The position numbers were made by a program, and so were the translations under genes. Source: Psilocybe cubensis (Eukaryota). Taken from it: 64,000 nucleotides of DNA. The stretch spans positions 3,968,001-4,032,000 of the forward strand of contig CM039001.1 of NCBI GenBank assembly GCA_017499595.2. The letters run 5' to 3'. Below are positions 11,901-26,484 of this stretch, one piece after another; position 1 is the first letter of the stretch; each line of letters starts with the position of its first letter. Below the pieces are notes generated by a model. The model did not search any database. It saw only the letters and a program-made list of their open reading frames with translations, and was not told the DNA's origin.

Positions 11901-14900
11901 TGCCTCTTTTGGACTTTCCCCGAGCGCACCGTCCTCCAGGAGCACATATGCCCGGCGTGTGTGGGGATTCACCCCGTAGAAATCCCACCCAAATCCCGCC
12001 CCATGGACGCCCATCACTGACATGAGGAATAGGCGCTCGAGCGGCTGCAAAGCCCACTGACACCCTGATGCAGGGAAATATGCCTGCTTCCCATGCACGC
12101 CGCTCGATTGGAAGGAAGACAATTAATAGGCCGTGTTATCGATGACCTGGTTCGCCTGTCACCCCTGCGCAGGTTGTGAGCCTCGCGTTCACATTCTACC
12201 CTAGCTGCAGAGCCATCTCTCTCGAGCTCGAGACGCGAGACTCGAGACCTGATACGCACGACCCGGTCGTGTCTACCCTTCCTCTTACTTGTTGAGCGTT
12301 GACAGCACCAAAATGATACGAAAGATTTGCAGACTACGAGATTATGCAGTGCACAGCAGTGAGTGACCGGTGTATGAGCATGCACGCCGGTCGGCCACAG
12401 CATTTGCTTGGGGGCGGAGACAGGGATAGAACGGTCATGTTCGTTGTGCTCCATCAAGACGCGGCTTGACGCAGACGCCGTGGGGGGCCGTGAAGATGTA
12501 CACCCACAACGATCAAAATATCAGCATCAGCTGATACCCTCAGATCGTCGTCGGTGAGTCATTTGATCGCGTTTGGACAGATGTGGGTCCATGTCTACCT
12601 CGCCATATCTGCAAAGGCGAAATGATGGCTCACACCCCGGCGCTGAAAAGATTGGCTTCCATTGTGATATTTTCCTTGAATTCAACTAGAGTGGCCATTC
12701 GGAGAATGAGACGTTCCTTTAGTGAATGAGGATAACCGGATCTGTCGTTCATCCCCGCCGCGTGGGCTTGACTTGTGATTGTTCATCATTTGCATGGAAT
12801 GCCGGTATGTTCACTGGGGATATTGAGCGCTTGCTGGAGAAAGATAATTGAGATGAGCACTGCCTTCGTCTTGAGGTAATAAAAATTTTGGGTTGCTGGA
12901 GTGCACCGTTCCATAGTCGATATGAATCAACTCGAGTAAACCTTGAAATATTACACTGTTTTTAGAACTTCCAAGTGGTCAAAAATTTTCCAACAGAGGT
13001 TTGGTTAATGTGGATTTCTTGTACCTATATGCCAGCATAGCATAAGGTTGTCAGGTTGATTGGAAGATTTTACTACTGCCCAACTATCTCTCTAAACGGC
13101 GTATTCGGAGTGGTACCGCGACCGCTAAACATTTTGCACAACCTCTCGTTATAGAAACGCGAATTACTTGACAATCTCCTAGACAATACTGAAATGCATA
13201 CAATATTGACACAGTCGCTGCTTCTGATGCCTTTGGAGTCTAGGTAGATCAGAATTTCCCTGTCATTTCTAAAGAACACATTAGTCTGAGTATATTTTCA
13301 TCGCCTGTCGATGGGTTATCACATTCGGCTATACCATCTCTTATCCGAACACTTCTACAGGTGTATATATGTGAATACCCGCTTCATTGCTTGTTAGAGC
13401 ACGGCACTGAGTACGCAAAATTTTACTTTGAGCCCTGCAGACAGCGTTCTGGTTCGCGGATAATTACAGATGCCTCGTTTTAAACATATTTCTGTATGAT
13501 ATGACAGATTCTTGATTCTTGACATGTACCAAGTATCTCTCACGCTATGACCAAGTGACCGAATGTCCATCCTAGTCAAGACGTACTTCAGAACACCGAT
13601 TGATCTATATTCGTGCGGGCTTTTATCAATCGTAGCTACCAAACACTATCCGGATGAGGTTATTCTAACCAGTATTGGACGACAATAAAAGTGTTCCGAT
13701 CTGCGGATAAGGTCATGGACATTTGATGAATAGAATTGAACTTGGATACACAGACTTGAGGTCCGAACAACCGTAGCAGCGGATCGCTCTGGGTTCTTCT
13801 TCGTTGTCGACGTTGTGAGAGCCTCGAGTCGACCTGGCTCGGGGCATATTTATAGACCGTATACAATGCCAGCTTCAATGCCGTGAACCACGATCAACAA
13901 GGTGTGTTTGCAACCTTTCAGAAGGGAAGGAACGAATTCGAATCGCGACGTCTAACCCTCGCAATTCCCTTTTTCTGCACATACGCTCCCACTCTTCGAC
14001 TGTGGCTGGATGTGAACACCCACGGCATCGCAGCTGCTTGTGTGATTTTGTGCCGGGTATTGAAGAGTCTAATCACACATGGCCTCGCGGAATCCATTCC
14101 GCAGAGAGCAGGCCGCTGCTCATGCCTGCTGCGAGTCGTGCGTGTGTACCCCCTTGGGCTCTGAGAACGGATTTACAGGGGCGGGTTGGGGTCACTCGCA
14201 GGTGCTAAGCGAGCCGCTTTCGGAAACGCCTTTCTTCGGGAACTTTATCTGGGAGATTGGGTTCAATCGCACAAAGACCCCGCAATTGGGTTGCGCCATC
14301 GATTCCTCGCGCCAGTCGCGTGGCTTCCGTGCAGCTTTAATGTGTGACTTGTTTTCTTGTAAGGACAAGCCAAATTCTTAGACTCAAGTCGTAGCCAAGC
14401 TGTATCGATGTCATATCGCACGCAGTTGAACACATCTGGTTTGTTCCAAGGAAAAAAGCTGGATCCTTCATCTCAGGTTGTCTAAAGGTTTGCCGTATTT
14501 TACATCAATAAAGATACTCTTTTGTCAAAGGAACCGACGTAGACTCGCTCTCTTGTATACTTTGCTGACCATATATATGCATTAGTAGATAAAAGTCATG
14601 TCTAGATTTGTTTTTGTTGGCTCTTCGATCCGGGGTAGTGCTTCTAGAAAACTTTTCTAAGTATTCTATGCTGCTGAATTATATAGCCTTTTTCTACGCT
14701 TATCTCCCGAAACAGGAATCCATATGTCATCCATTAATACTATATGAAGGTATTGTATGGTGTGCATAGCCACAAATGTATACGTATCAAATTAACAACT
14801 CCAGCCTTGATGTGCAATGATGGGCTTTTATCGAAGCTTAATGACCTGGAGAAACTTATTGAGGCTTTCTATGCTTGACGATTATCCCTGAGATTATGAA

Positions 14901-16185
14901 TTCTTGTTCTGTCTTTTCCACATCTCCTGAGGATCTTTCAACACGACGCGTCGATGACGCGACTGGAAAGCGATTTTATCACGTGATACAGTGACATGGG
15001 CAATTTTGAAGTCTTCGTATTGCTTATTTATGGCAGCGCCCCGCATTAAATTTGTACAAATCCTGAACCAATTATTTATCCTCGTTATAAACTTCATTTT
15101 TCAAAGTTAGTTACTACGTCTTAAGCATTGGTGACGTTTATGACACATAAGGGAGGAAGCGGATGCATTTTTTCTGCAAATTGCTGTGAATCCTCTTATA
15201 GTGCATTGGGGATTTCACACTTACAAGGTACCCGATGCCCTACGAAGTCATGTAGTTTCCTATTGGGAGAAGGCGTAATCTTTCTGAAGAGCTAATCACA
15301 TGATAGATCGTATGTTAGGTGCCAGTAAAATCAGTGTGTGTTGGCGACCAGGTGGATCATATCGTAAGATTAATTTCATTGAAGTTTTATGACCTCAAGC
15401 TGCGATGTACGTGACGTCCTCGGTATAATACCATGCGTTTGCGACAGACTAGCTAATAAGAACATGACTCATAACGATTAAAACATCAAGATAAATTCGA
15501 GATACCGTGACTGATTGTTGGTATAAGTGCCCTACGGTGATGCTGTAGCAGATAAGGGTGGATTAAAATAACGCATGCTTTGAAATTGCAAACTGAAATA
15601 GAGGTGGAGAACTAGTGGCAGGTTTAAAATAGATGGATCTGCGCCATCAGTTCTCTCAGACTACATGCCCGCCGGCACTTCTAGGTTGAGCATGGATTCG
15701 ATAAGTCCCCCTGCAGGGCGTCCTTGATGAGCGAATTTGCCCGACTCTATGTGGATATCTATCGCGTAAGTCTTCAGTAAATATCATAATAAAGCTTAGC
15801 ATTCAACCCTTGGATCCAGCGTCTAATGAATTGAAATAGCACCCGGCTCATGTTGACGCTGAATTAATCAGCGCAGCATTTTGGCATTTTTTGACAGCTC
15901 TCGAGCTACCAGGGCCACCCGACTCCCTGATGCGGCGCCGGTAGCAGTCAGCGTGACTGATAGAAATAATCTGCTTTAGCTAAGTAACTATGGATGTACT
16001 TAGATTCTGATTAGCATATACCGGCTTCGAACAAATTGCCTTCGATCGTCAACGCTGTCTTTCTCTCACGGTATTCTTCACCCCTCTACACTCAACAGGC
16101 ATTCTAAACCTCTTGTAGGAAGCTTACTAGCGCATGCTTCCCTGTATCTATTCACCGCATTCCGCTAGGTTTTGAAAACTGAAGG

Positions 16186-17803
16186 ATGCTCCAGGTTGAT
16201 GATGATGCATTGAAAGTAGAGACAGCAGGAAACCTCGGCGCCGTAGAAATCGCTACATTTCTCAGTCTCGTCCTTCTTGGAGTTTCCCTCTCTCAGGGAT
16301 ATACTTTCTTTCGGAGGAGTAGCTCAGATAGATGGACTCTCAAGTTGATGGCGCGTCACTGGAATCTTTGGTCTTTCTCAATGTTTACTGACATATACAT
16401 GTTAGGTATCCCTCCTTCTGTAAACGCTTTCGTAGCTGTCAGTAGTAAAACTACCCACTTACTCACTCAACAGGGTTTTGGAGCTATTCCACTCCTTTAC
16501 CGCCGCCCACACTATCTATTATGATACGATTACACGATTTGGGAGAGCGGAGATCAACTCGTATTCTTTATCTGCCAATGTCGTGAACGAGACACTCATT
16601 ACAGTACTAGTTCAGGTATGGATTGTTTGGATAGTAGTGCGAACGTACTCACTCATCCTTTCCAGTCATTCTTCTCTCATCGGATATACCGACTCTCCGG
16701 GAACATGTTTATTAGCATTGCCTGCTTTTCTCTCTCAGGGCTCCGTTTCCTGGGAGGCATCGCCATGTCGGCAGAGAGCATCATAGATGTTCATAGAACC
16801 CCCAATTGGGTTGTATTCATTTCCAAGTATAATTGGCTTGTCATATCCGCTTTGGCTCTGGGAGCAGCTACAGACATTTTAATCGCAGCTTCCATGCTGT
16901 TTTATTTAAGAAAATTGGCGTCATCAGGGAACTTTCGCAGGTAAGTAGGATGTACATTTGCCTCTACAATCTAGCTCATATTCTTGTGTAGCACCACCCA
17001 ATTTATTAACAGGCTTGTACGGTATTCGCTACGTAAGTAGTGGTTGTTCCTGTTCGCTAGCTAATTGCACTCTGACGTTGTTTGATAAACTTAGAAACCG
17101 GGCTAATAACTAGGTATGAGCGCTACATAACTGTGCTTGAGTGTCATTAATAACACGTCTACATGCAGTCTTACTTCAGTGACGGTGATAATCTGTGTGA
17201 GTGATAATATCCGGATGAATCATTCATGCTAAATATCTCCCATTTTTTAACTGTAGTTTAAGGCGCTGAGAAATCGTGGGTTGTGAAGCCATAATGTTAA
17301 CCACCACTAACACCGATATTTATGCAGTTGTATGGTTTGGCCTGTACATTGTTCTAGCCAAAAGTAACGATAAGTCCTCTTACCAAGGGCAGACCATATA
17401 TTGACCAAATTTGTAGTTTACTCCAACTCTCTTCTGGCCTCGTAAGTCCTCAAGGAATGCCCATCAGTGTATTTCTAACACATAAAATACGGAAGTCTCA
17501 ATGCGCGGCCCCGTTCAGAGAGACAACCAAATCGCCAGCGTGGAGTAAGCACAGGCATCGACTTTGAAACTGTTCCACGCGCCATTTCAGTAAGCCAGAC
17601 TTTCAAATCAAGTCAAATAGCCCATTTCTTAGTTAATGTAAATATAGGTGCCATTCCATATCACAAATCCGACCAACACTTCGGGCTCGGACTCTGATTG
17701 GCCTTCATCATCTAATCAATCTGAAAATAGGAGAGCATTCAAAAGCATGAGTATAGCAGAGGAACCAAAAAATGGTATTGAAGGGACCGCCCAGGATGTG
17801 TAG
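16186..17803 (+). CDS. Multi-pass membrane protein, Agaricomycete DUF6534-like family
   Basis: Twelve exons reconstructed in frame. Motifs: GAVEIATFLSLVLLGVSLSQGYTFF, VQSFFSHRIYRLSG, TDILIAASMLFYLRK, QTGLITS and KIYSNSLLASLNAR. Stop TAG at 17801-17803. Confidence 0.8.
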
Positions 17804-17920
17804 CTTAGTATACAATATACGGTGGCGAAATCGGGAAAGGTACATATTCATATCCACATCAGCGGCGTCAGTCAAATTTGGGTACTAAAGAGCAGATTTT
17901 TTTAAGCAGATGCTAGATCT

Positions 17921-19036
17921 TTAATGCGAGAGCTGTGTAGTATCCTGTTCAGCTAACATTTTCGTCCTCAGGCGTAGTTGGTTACGCTTGTCAGACCGTA
18001 TATGCGAATTGATAGCACTGGGAAGGGAAATTCTTAACCCCGGCATACGATTTATGAGTATGACAACAGAGTCAGCACTCACTCGAGATACATTTCCACA
18101 CTCTGGGGAAAGGTCAAAGTGCCAGATATTGCCGACTTCCGCACAGCTGGCAGATTCATGCTAACCGTTTTGAGAATCGCATTGTCGATTGGAATGGCGA
18201 CTGTCGTTCCTTGCTTGACACCTTTTATTTTGAAGTCGACGATAATCACATGTTGGTCTGGATGACCTAGCTTATGAAGAGTATCCTTTGTTCCCTTCCA
18301 CATTGTTGTCCGTGTAGTTTCCATCATTTCTTTTGGGTCCAATGGTGTCAAGGAACTTAGCTCAAGCATACCTTCCTCGTTGTCAACTCTGGCCTGGCTA
18401 GTCGCAAGAAAGAGGTGGCGAGCGAAATCTGAAGGGACAATCTCAGCTTCGCACTTTGCAACAAAATGTGAGTCTGGTCGAGGGCTACTGTGGAGTCCGT
18501 AGAGTAGTGTAAGCGCCATTGCCAAAGTGACGGATAAATATTCATTGGCGACAAGGGTGGGTATAAGCTTGGCTGTCGCTGTATTCATATCTTGGCAATT
18601 TGCTTTGTGCGCTGGCCTAAAGCAGCAAATATCAGTAGACAAGTAACATGATTTTGAAAGATGGACCATTTACCAATGCTTTCTCTGACACTAATAACTT
18701 GTATACTTAACGCAAAGCTCACCAAGATGTCACGATATAAAGTCCATACCTCCTTGGAGCAATACGACGCGATTTTACACTGTATTTTGTCCCTGTATTC
18801 AGCAAGTGTTATACATCAGTCATATGTACACTCACCCTCGCACAAAGTAGGAGTTTCTTATCCGCAGAGGAGGTATTGCTACATTGGATGCACACCTGCC
18901 GAATCTGGTGTCTGGCTTCCTTTATGTCCGATGTTGACGACGCTACTGCGCGAAAGTCGCGACGATTGTCTGGATGCCTTAACGTCATTATGCTGGGAGT
19001 TGTAGGGCTCGGGTGGCTTGTAGAGTCGGAACTCAT
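17921..19036 (-). CDS. MYND-type zinc finger protein (paralog A)
   Basis: CIQC...KLLLCAR|CKIASYCSKE (30-nt exon 18750-18779)|CQRKHW (17-nt exon 18674-18690)|PAHKANC. Last exon encodes INSHIRSDKRNQLRLR. Confidence 0.85.
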
Positions 19037-19425
19037 GATCTGCGGGGTGATGTGGCAAGGAAAGGAACAGTGTGGTGGTCGATAATCAAGGTCAATGAAG
19101 CGCCCATGGCTGCACATGCTAAGCTACTTATAGGGGGCCACCCTCGTGACAGCACATCATTGAGTTAAGAATAAAGATCCAGCCCAGTCAAATATGATTC
19201 ATTTTGGCCATGAATTAACTTTGATGAAGCCGTCGCTCGTGAAAAATAAGTGGTAGTGTCATTCTTGAAGCAGTCATGGGGTGGACCAGACCTGTATAGC
19301 CGAATCTTCTTTCATCTGGGTCAGGCCAAAAATTTATAAAATATAGAAACTGGGAATTGGTTGAATGTAAACCCTTGGAAAGACGATACAGTACAGAAAT
19401 ATGCATTCCACACTTATCTATATAT

Positions 19426-20564
19426 TCAGGATCTTTCCTTTTCCTCCATGGTCGTCCTTAAACGCAACTGATTACGACTGTCTGACTGTATATGTGTGTT
19501 GATAAGACTAATGATATACATTAGATTAAAATTAAACGCAAGGCAAGGCAACCGATCAGCCGACTCACTCGATACAAGTTTGCACACTAGATGGGCGGAC
19601 TGTAGTGCCATTTACCACTGATTTGCGTACAGATATCGCGCCAGATTTGACGGCCTCAACGACACGTTCTTCGATCGGGAAGGCGTACGTTGTCCCTTGC
19701 CATTTCACATCCTTGATGGTAAAATCAAGCATAATGACATGGACGGACGGGCGACCATCACTACGCAGGCCCTCCCGCGCCGTATTCCACATACTCTTGC
19801 GGGTTCTCTCCATTGCTATCCTGGGGTCTAGTATTTGAAGCGATCGAATCTGCAACATGGCTTCATCTTTTCCCTCTGGGTCGGGCTGTACATGTCCTGA
19901 TGCGATGAGAGCCGCGCGCACGGGATCGGCAATGCGGAGTTCTGCCTCGCACATTGCCACGAGCGGAATATCTGGCCGTGGGTTCTCGTGAATTTTAAAG
20001 AGCATAACGAGCGCCTTTCCCAGGTAGAAATAAAGGGCTGGATTGGCTACGAATGATGGTATAAGTTTCGCGGTGCTGGCCTTTAGTTCCACGCAGATGG
20101 ATTTGTGTTTAGGCCTTGAAAATAAAATAAAAATAAGCAGCATCGATTGATCAGTGACGAGGTAGGTGTAATAAGCCGGTTGGACTAGCAAATTACCATT
20201 GCTTTTTTTGACACTAGGAAACTAGAAGTCAGCATCAAACAGTTCATCAGAAAGATCGGTTCAATACATACCTCCCTTGAGCAGTACCACGCTGTTTTAC
20301 ACTGAATTATTTCAATGAAAAAATTCTTTATTTAAGCACCTCTTTTAATCCATCTACACTCACCCTGGCACATTGGAGGACTTTGATTTCTGCAGAGGAT
20401 GTTTTGTGGCATTCGCGGCATACGTATCCATGCATGCTCCTGTTCTTCTTGATCTCTGCCGTGGAGGATGCTATCCTGTGAAAATTACGGATGTTGTCTG
20501 GATGGATCAATGCAACGACAACAGGCGGAGTTGGTGTCGGGGTACCAGTGGTGTTAGGTTCCAT
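19426..20564 (-). CDS. MYND-type zinc finger protein (paralog B)
   Basis: CREC...KVLQCAR|CKTAWYCSRE|CQKKQW|PKHKSIC. Last exon encodes INTHIQSDSRNQLRLR. Intron positions match paralog A. Confidence 0.85.
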
Positions 20565-20832
20565 GGTTATAATGTTTATGTCGCGAGGAAAATTACCAGA
20601 CCTTCAGGCGCAGTCAGTAATGGAGATTAATGGTGGAAGGGAGAAAGAGAGGGCATTGATCCAAATACCGTCGTAGATGGTTAGCTGTAATAGGATTCCT
20701 CGTGTTGAAGAGAAGTTTGCTAAAATAAAGTCAAAGGGGCTGTGGCTAAAGATAATGAAGTGTATTCGTCAACGGATCTACAAACCCGCACCAGATTTTA
20801 CAAGGTAACTTTTATGTGTTGTGAACTATACA

Positions 20833-21967
20833 TTACTCAGTCCCAGAGTGTGGCTCCCAATTTAGAAGGGTTGCTCGTAATCGTAGTTGGTTACGTTTGT
20901 CCGACCGTATGTGCGTATTAATGGCACTAAGAAGCGTTGTAAGAGGTCAATTTTGAGCAAAATATCAAAACACTCACTCAAGACATGCCGCGATACTAAG
21001 AGGCATAAACGTGGACCCAAACATAGACGACTTCATCTCCAACGTTGAACCCGACCTAATTCTATCAAACGCAGTTTCCAAAAGGCCAACTGCAAACGTC
21101 GATCTCTGCTTCGTACGCCTCATCACAAAGTCGACGAGCACTACATGCACGTCTGGGTGCCCTTGCTTGCGATACCACTCCTTCTTGCTTTTCCATAGCG
21201 CCATCCTTACATCATCTATCGAGGTTTCAGAATCCAGAGACTTCATTCCTCGTACTTGGAGCATTCCTTCAGTTTCTGGCTCCTTTTCGCCGCTAAACAA
21301 TAGTTGTAACTGCCGTGCCGTGTCAGCTGGGAAGAGCTCGACATCGCATTCGGCAATGAGAGGGTTTTCAGGGTTGGGTTCTTCGAGCAATTTGAACACA
21401 AAGACGAGTATGATTTGAAGGTAATCATTAAGAACGGTATTGGCGAGAAATGAAGGTATCAATCGTGCTTCTGCTGATTCGCTGTGTTGACAAACAACCT
21501 TGTGTGCTGGCCTAGAATTGGGCAATCTGTCACGTTCCTCACTGCTATTCTGATGCGAAAAACAACACACCATTGCTTTTTTTGACACTGAATGTACCCA
21601 TTATTAGCTCCAGATCCAAGTAATATAATTAAACGTGTCCACGGACCTCTTTCGAGCAATACCAAACTTTTTTACACTGGGTAATCCTAGCATGAAAGGA
21701 CGATCGAAGCAAAACATTCCATAAACTCACCCTCGAGCACTTCAGCAATTTGTCCCCACTATCCGACGTCTTCCCGCATTCGTTACAAATATGCAGAAGA
21801 TTTGCCCGCCCATCTTTCACTTCCTTCGTGGACGCTGCGACTGCACGAAAGTCGCGACGCAATTCGGGGTCATTCAACGAGACGAAGGGGATGGTGTGAG
21901 TGTCATCCGAGCCGCCTTCGCCGCCATTGTCAAGATTGACGCGCACGTTCTTTATCTCCAATGTCAT
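20833..21967 (-). CDS. MYND-type zinc finger protein (paralog C)
   Basis: CNEC...KLLKCSR|CKKVWYCSKE|CQKKQW|PAHKVVC. Last exon encodes INTHIRSDKRNQLRLR. Confidence 0.85.
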
Positions 21968-22626
21968 TCGTACAAACTACGAAAAGGAGAAGGTGTTGTT
22001 TCAGTGTCCACGTTCAGACCAAAAAAAATATGAACTTCCATCATCCGGCGTTAATTAGTTTAGGGCAGGTGATTACATGTGCGCGTCGACGCGTCTGCGC
22101 ATAACTGGCGTATAATTCCTCCTGAGTATGCATGGTTCTGCATACGAGGATCCGGCACTCAATCCGAATAAAAAAAAAAAAAAACAGCAAAGAAGGCTCA
22201 ATTGACCGGTACACGAATTGGATACACGGAGACTTCCTAAACTAATTCTGTGTGATGTATATTTTGAGGACTGTTAACATCATATTTTTACGATATCCTC
22301 CTGGCCCTGACCTCTCCACAGCGGATGGTACAGCCCACCAGCCACGCGCCATACGCCCATACCCGAGCAAAAGCCGAAATTGCAGTTCAAACACCCTGAG
22401 TATATTTAAGATGTCGACAACGCTGGCAAGATGTTTGTCGGATGTATAGCTGGCGCGTCAAAGTTGTACAGAAATATGAGATCAGCGGGGGGCAAATGTC
22501 TATCCAAAGGCTGTTTATTTTTGTTCAATTGAGAAGGGTGCTGTTCATGAATGATAGAAGCGAATAGTTAATACAGAAAGCGGGCCGCTGGATAAATTGA
22601 CGCTTCAACACATGCGGAAAGCGAGC

Positions 22627-22633
22627 TATAAAA
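22627..22633 (+). promoter_or_regulatory. TATA box of the acetylxylan esterase gene
   Basis: TATAAAA ~50 nt upstream of the ATG at 22680. Confidence 0.5.
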
Positions 22634-22679
22634 CCAAAAACTCGTCCTACCCTACAAACACCCAAGAAACCAGCCAACA

Positions 22680-23951
22680 ATGTTCGCATACAAAGCCCTT
22701 ATCACGCTCGCGCTCTCAGGAATTGCAAGTGCACTGACTAGCTCCCTGCAGCAAGTCACCGCCAACTTCGGTTCCAACCCCACCAATGTCAAGATGTACG
22801 TCTACAAGCCGACCGCGGTCGCAACACCAACGCCCCTCATAGTCGCCATGCACTACTGCACCGGTACCGCACAGGCCTACTTCTCCGGCACGTCGCTCGC
22901 ACAGCTCGCAGACCAGCACGGCTTCATCGTCGTCTACCCAAACGCACCGACAGCCGGTGGGTGCTGGGACGTCGCATCGTCCGCGACACTGTCGCACAAC
23001 GGCGGCGGCGACTCACTGGGCATTGCGAACATGGTGCGCTACGCGATCGCAAACTGGGGCATCGACTCCACGCGCGTGTTCGCGACGGGCACGAGCTCCG
23101 GCGCGATGATGACCAACGTCATGCTCGGCGCGTACCCGGACCTGTTCGCCGCAGGTTCGCTGTACTCAGGTGTGCCATTTGGCTGCTTCGCAGGGCCAAA
23201 TGCATGGAACACCCAGTGCGCGACGGGAGAGCTCATCAAGACACCGCAACAGTGGGGCGACCAGGTACGCGCGGCGTATCCTGGGTTCACGGGCACCAGG
23301 CCAAAGGTGCAGTTCTGGCACGGAACGATGTAAATTAACATTGTTTTTAAAATCAATCACACCACTAACCTACCTCATTCACCCACAGCGACACGACCCT
23401 CTACCCCCAAAACTTCTGGGAAGAGATCAAACAATGGACAAACGTATTCAACGTCTCGCAAACACCCACATCCAACCTCACCTCGAACCCCCAAGCGGGC
23501 TACTCACGCGCGTCGTTCGGACCCAACGTGCAAGCCATTCTCGCACAGAACGTCGGGCACACAGTGCCAGAGCACGAGACGGACACACTGGCCTGGTTCG
23601 GGCTTTCCTCGCTCGTTCCTGGGTCTAGCTCCGGCTCCGGCTCATCAAGCGCTGGTGCAGGATCGTCACCGACGAGCACTGCTGCGCCATCGCCCACGGG
23701 CGCCACCTCACCACAATACGGACAATGCGGTGGAATCGGCTGGACAGGGCCAACAGGTAAGTCGTGTTCCTATTTGTGCGAACTTGATCCCGGATGACCA
23801 TGGTGACTGACACACGGAATTACCTGCTGCAGTCTGTGCTTCGCCATTCACCTGCAAGGTCTCCAACCCCTACGTGAGTAGAATCATTCTTGAACGTTGT
23901 AGGGACACAACTGATTCTCTATGGATTCGACAGTACAGTCAATGCCTGTGA
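22680..23951 (+). CDS. Secreted acetylxylan esterase (CE1, Axe1-type) with C-terminal CBM1
   Basis: Signal peptide; FGSNPTNVKMYVY, HYCTGTA, GTSSG nucleophile motif and WHGTIDTTLYPQNF; S/T linker; [33 protein letters not shown]. Three introns. Confidence 0.93.
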
Positions 23952-26484
23952 GAGCACGAGTGACAGCAGTCAGGAGAGTACGTAGTTCACAGTTTACGAA
24001 TACCGAAACCTACATCTGTAACATGCCAAAACCAATACTTAACAAGATCATATGTGAATGTGAACCACTAAATTCCGACCTCATTGATACAAAAATAAAA
24101 CACCAATTAAATACTCCGTATACTCCGAAGTAAAGACGACTTGGACAGGTGTTACTCCAACATATCCAAGGGCTTCGATTGATCTGTCGGGTGTTCATGC
24201 ACTGAGAAGCACACAAAGTGTCCAGAATGACACAATGAGCAGCCGTAGCCGCAATCCCCGGACAAACGAAGTAAAACGCTGAACCATAAAATCTACAAAA
24301 CATATCAGCATCCGTGCAAGAACCCTTTATGATCAAACACCAAAGAGGGGGAGCAAGAAAACCCATGAAGAAGGTACAACCTCCCTTGACACGTATGAGC
24401 AAATAACAAGAAGCGCAAGCGGCGCATCCCAACACGAAATATCAGATACCGTTGTAGTAAGGTAAACTCACAGCGTGCACTATAACCCCAGTGGGGCGCG
24501 CACGCTCGTGGTACAGTAAATAAAAGGTTGTCATCAATTATTTCGTTTCGTGGGGAATGACGCCCTTCAACTCCTCGAAAATGCGCACAAGCGTCTGGAG
24601 AGGCTCGGAATTCGGATGTGAAGCATTGGTGGATGAAGAAAGCAAAACGATCTACCACTGGCAAAAGTCAGGGTTGATGGTGAAGATAGGGTCCTGACAA
24701 TGCCATGCGGAAATGACGATGCTTCGATGGCGACATACGCAAGGCAAGTATAAAATTTGAAGGTGAAAATATAGAGACAGTGAAACATTCACATGAAATG
24801 CCACGTTGAAAGTGGCACAGAAAGATGAGAAAAACGCATGCATGCGTCAAAGAAACAAAAAGTAAAATAAGACATACATTTAAGAGGCAGGGGACGAACT
24901 GCGGGTGGAAACAGTGCACAGAATCGTCAAACGATACATGGATCATCCCCAATGAATGACAACATCGTACAGGCTGCACAATTGCAGAGTGAATTGATAG
25001 ATCTTCATAGTGAAATGTCAAGAGTCAAAGGAGATCTATAGAAGAAAAGAGAAGGTCAGATACGGATTCTGACAGGAATTCGTCGAAGTCAAACGATAGG
25101 AATCAATGAATAGGATACCTCGCGGGAACGCGAGCCGGACACGCCAAAGTGGATAAGGTGACTACAGCTCAGTTGACATGGTGATGGGATGAAGATGAAT
25201 CGGCGCAGAAGGCGAAATGAATAACCACTGACGACAGTCAGGGTCAGCATTGAAGATAGGCACTGACAAAGGCCAGGCCATGTGGAAGAATGCGATCGGT
25301 AGCACACCGAGGGGAAACAATGGCATCGAAAGCAATGCGAATGATGGTGATGAACACCATCGAGAGATAACGAGGCAAAAGGACCACCGAAAGAAGTCGA
25401 TGTCCAAAGTGACAGATAGATCCAACGACCGAACATCGATCGTGGCTCGCAGAGAAAAACGTAAAACGCTAGAATTGATCCACAAGAGGAAGGGCATTCA
25501 TAACGTAGAACGTCACGAAGTGGGAGGTGAAAATGTGAAAATGAAGATCGGTATGAGAGTGGAGAAGATTTAGAAAGGCGTCAGCTACGGGGTACGTAGA
25601 AGGTTGACCTCAGCAGCCCCTCACAACCTTTTTCAAAGCGGAGGGGCGGGCTCGGACAGTGTGAATATTGGGTAATCATTCGCCATGCTCGAAAGGAAAG
25701 AATAGGAACCAGCGGGGGAAAGGCTTACATTTCAATTGGGTCTGATCCTCTAACAGCGCGCTATATTCCGAAAACAGCATCCGCAAAAAATCTTATGGGG
25801 AGACGAATTGACTGTAGAACATTCAAAAGGCCTTGAACCGTAATGTAGATTCGGTTAGAAACCAGGACACATATCCACATTCAGAAAAATGAACATACCA
25901 AAGGCTCAAATCAAGTAGATAAGAAAGATATGTCGCTAAATACATCTGAGAAGGCCTTCAGCGTCGGCCAGCGAAGAGAAAGATTCAGCAGCGCGAAAAA
26001 ACATGTCGACGAAGTCAATGGCGATAATGGATGTGGGAGGAAGAAAGACGCAAGCAGGCAGCAAAAAAAAAAACCATGTTGGTCACAGCTATGTCACATT
26101 ATCTCACGGTGTACTCCGACAATGCCGACGACATGCCGAAAGTACATGGTGTCATGTCTCCTCAGTCTCCTCACCCATTCCTCCTAGAGCCTACGGATAA
26201 TTCAGCTTCATTAACCTCGAAAGTTGCCCATTTTCCTAAAACACAACCTTATAAAGGCAAACCAATGATCATTATAATTAATCGAAAAATATATTAGATA
26301 TATAACTATCATAAAAATAGTGACCTCGATAATAGAGAGAGCCGCTGAAAGTTTTTCAAGTCCAAAAACGAGCATTCAGGGTGCTCGTCAATTATATATA
26401 CACCTGTAATAGAATGGAAGACAAGAAATAAGTAATCGCCCATGCCTAAGCTGAGCTCAAAATCGATGGTCTCCCGTAGAATAA

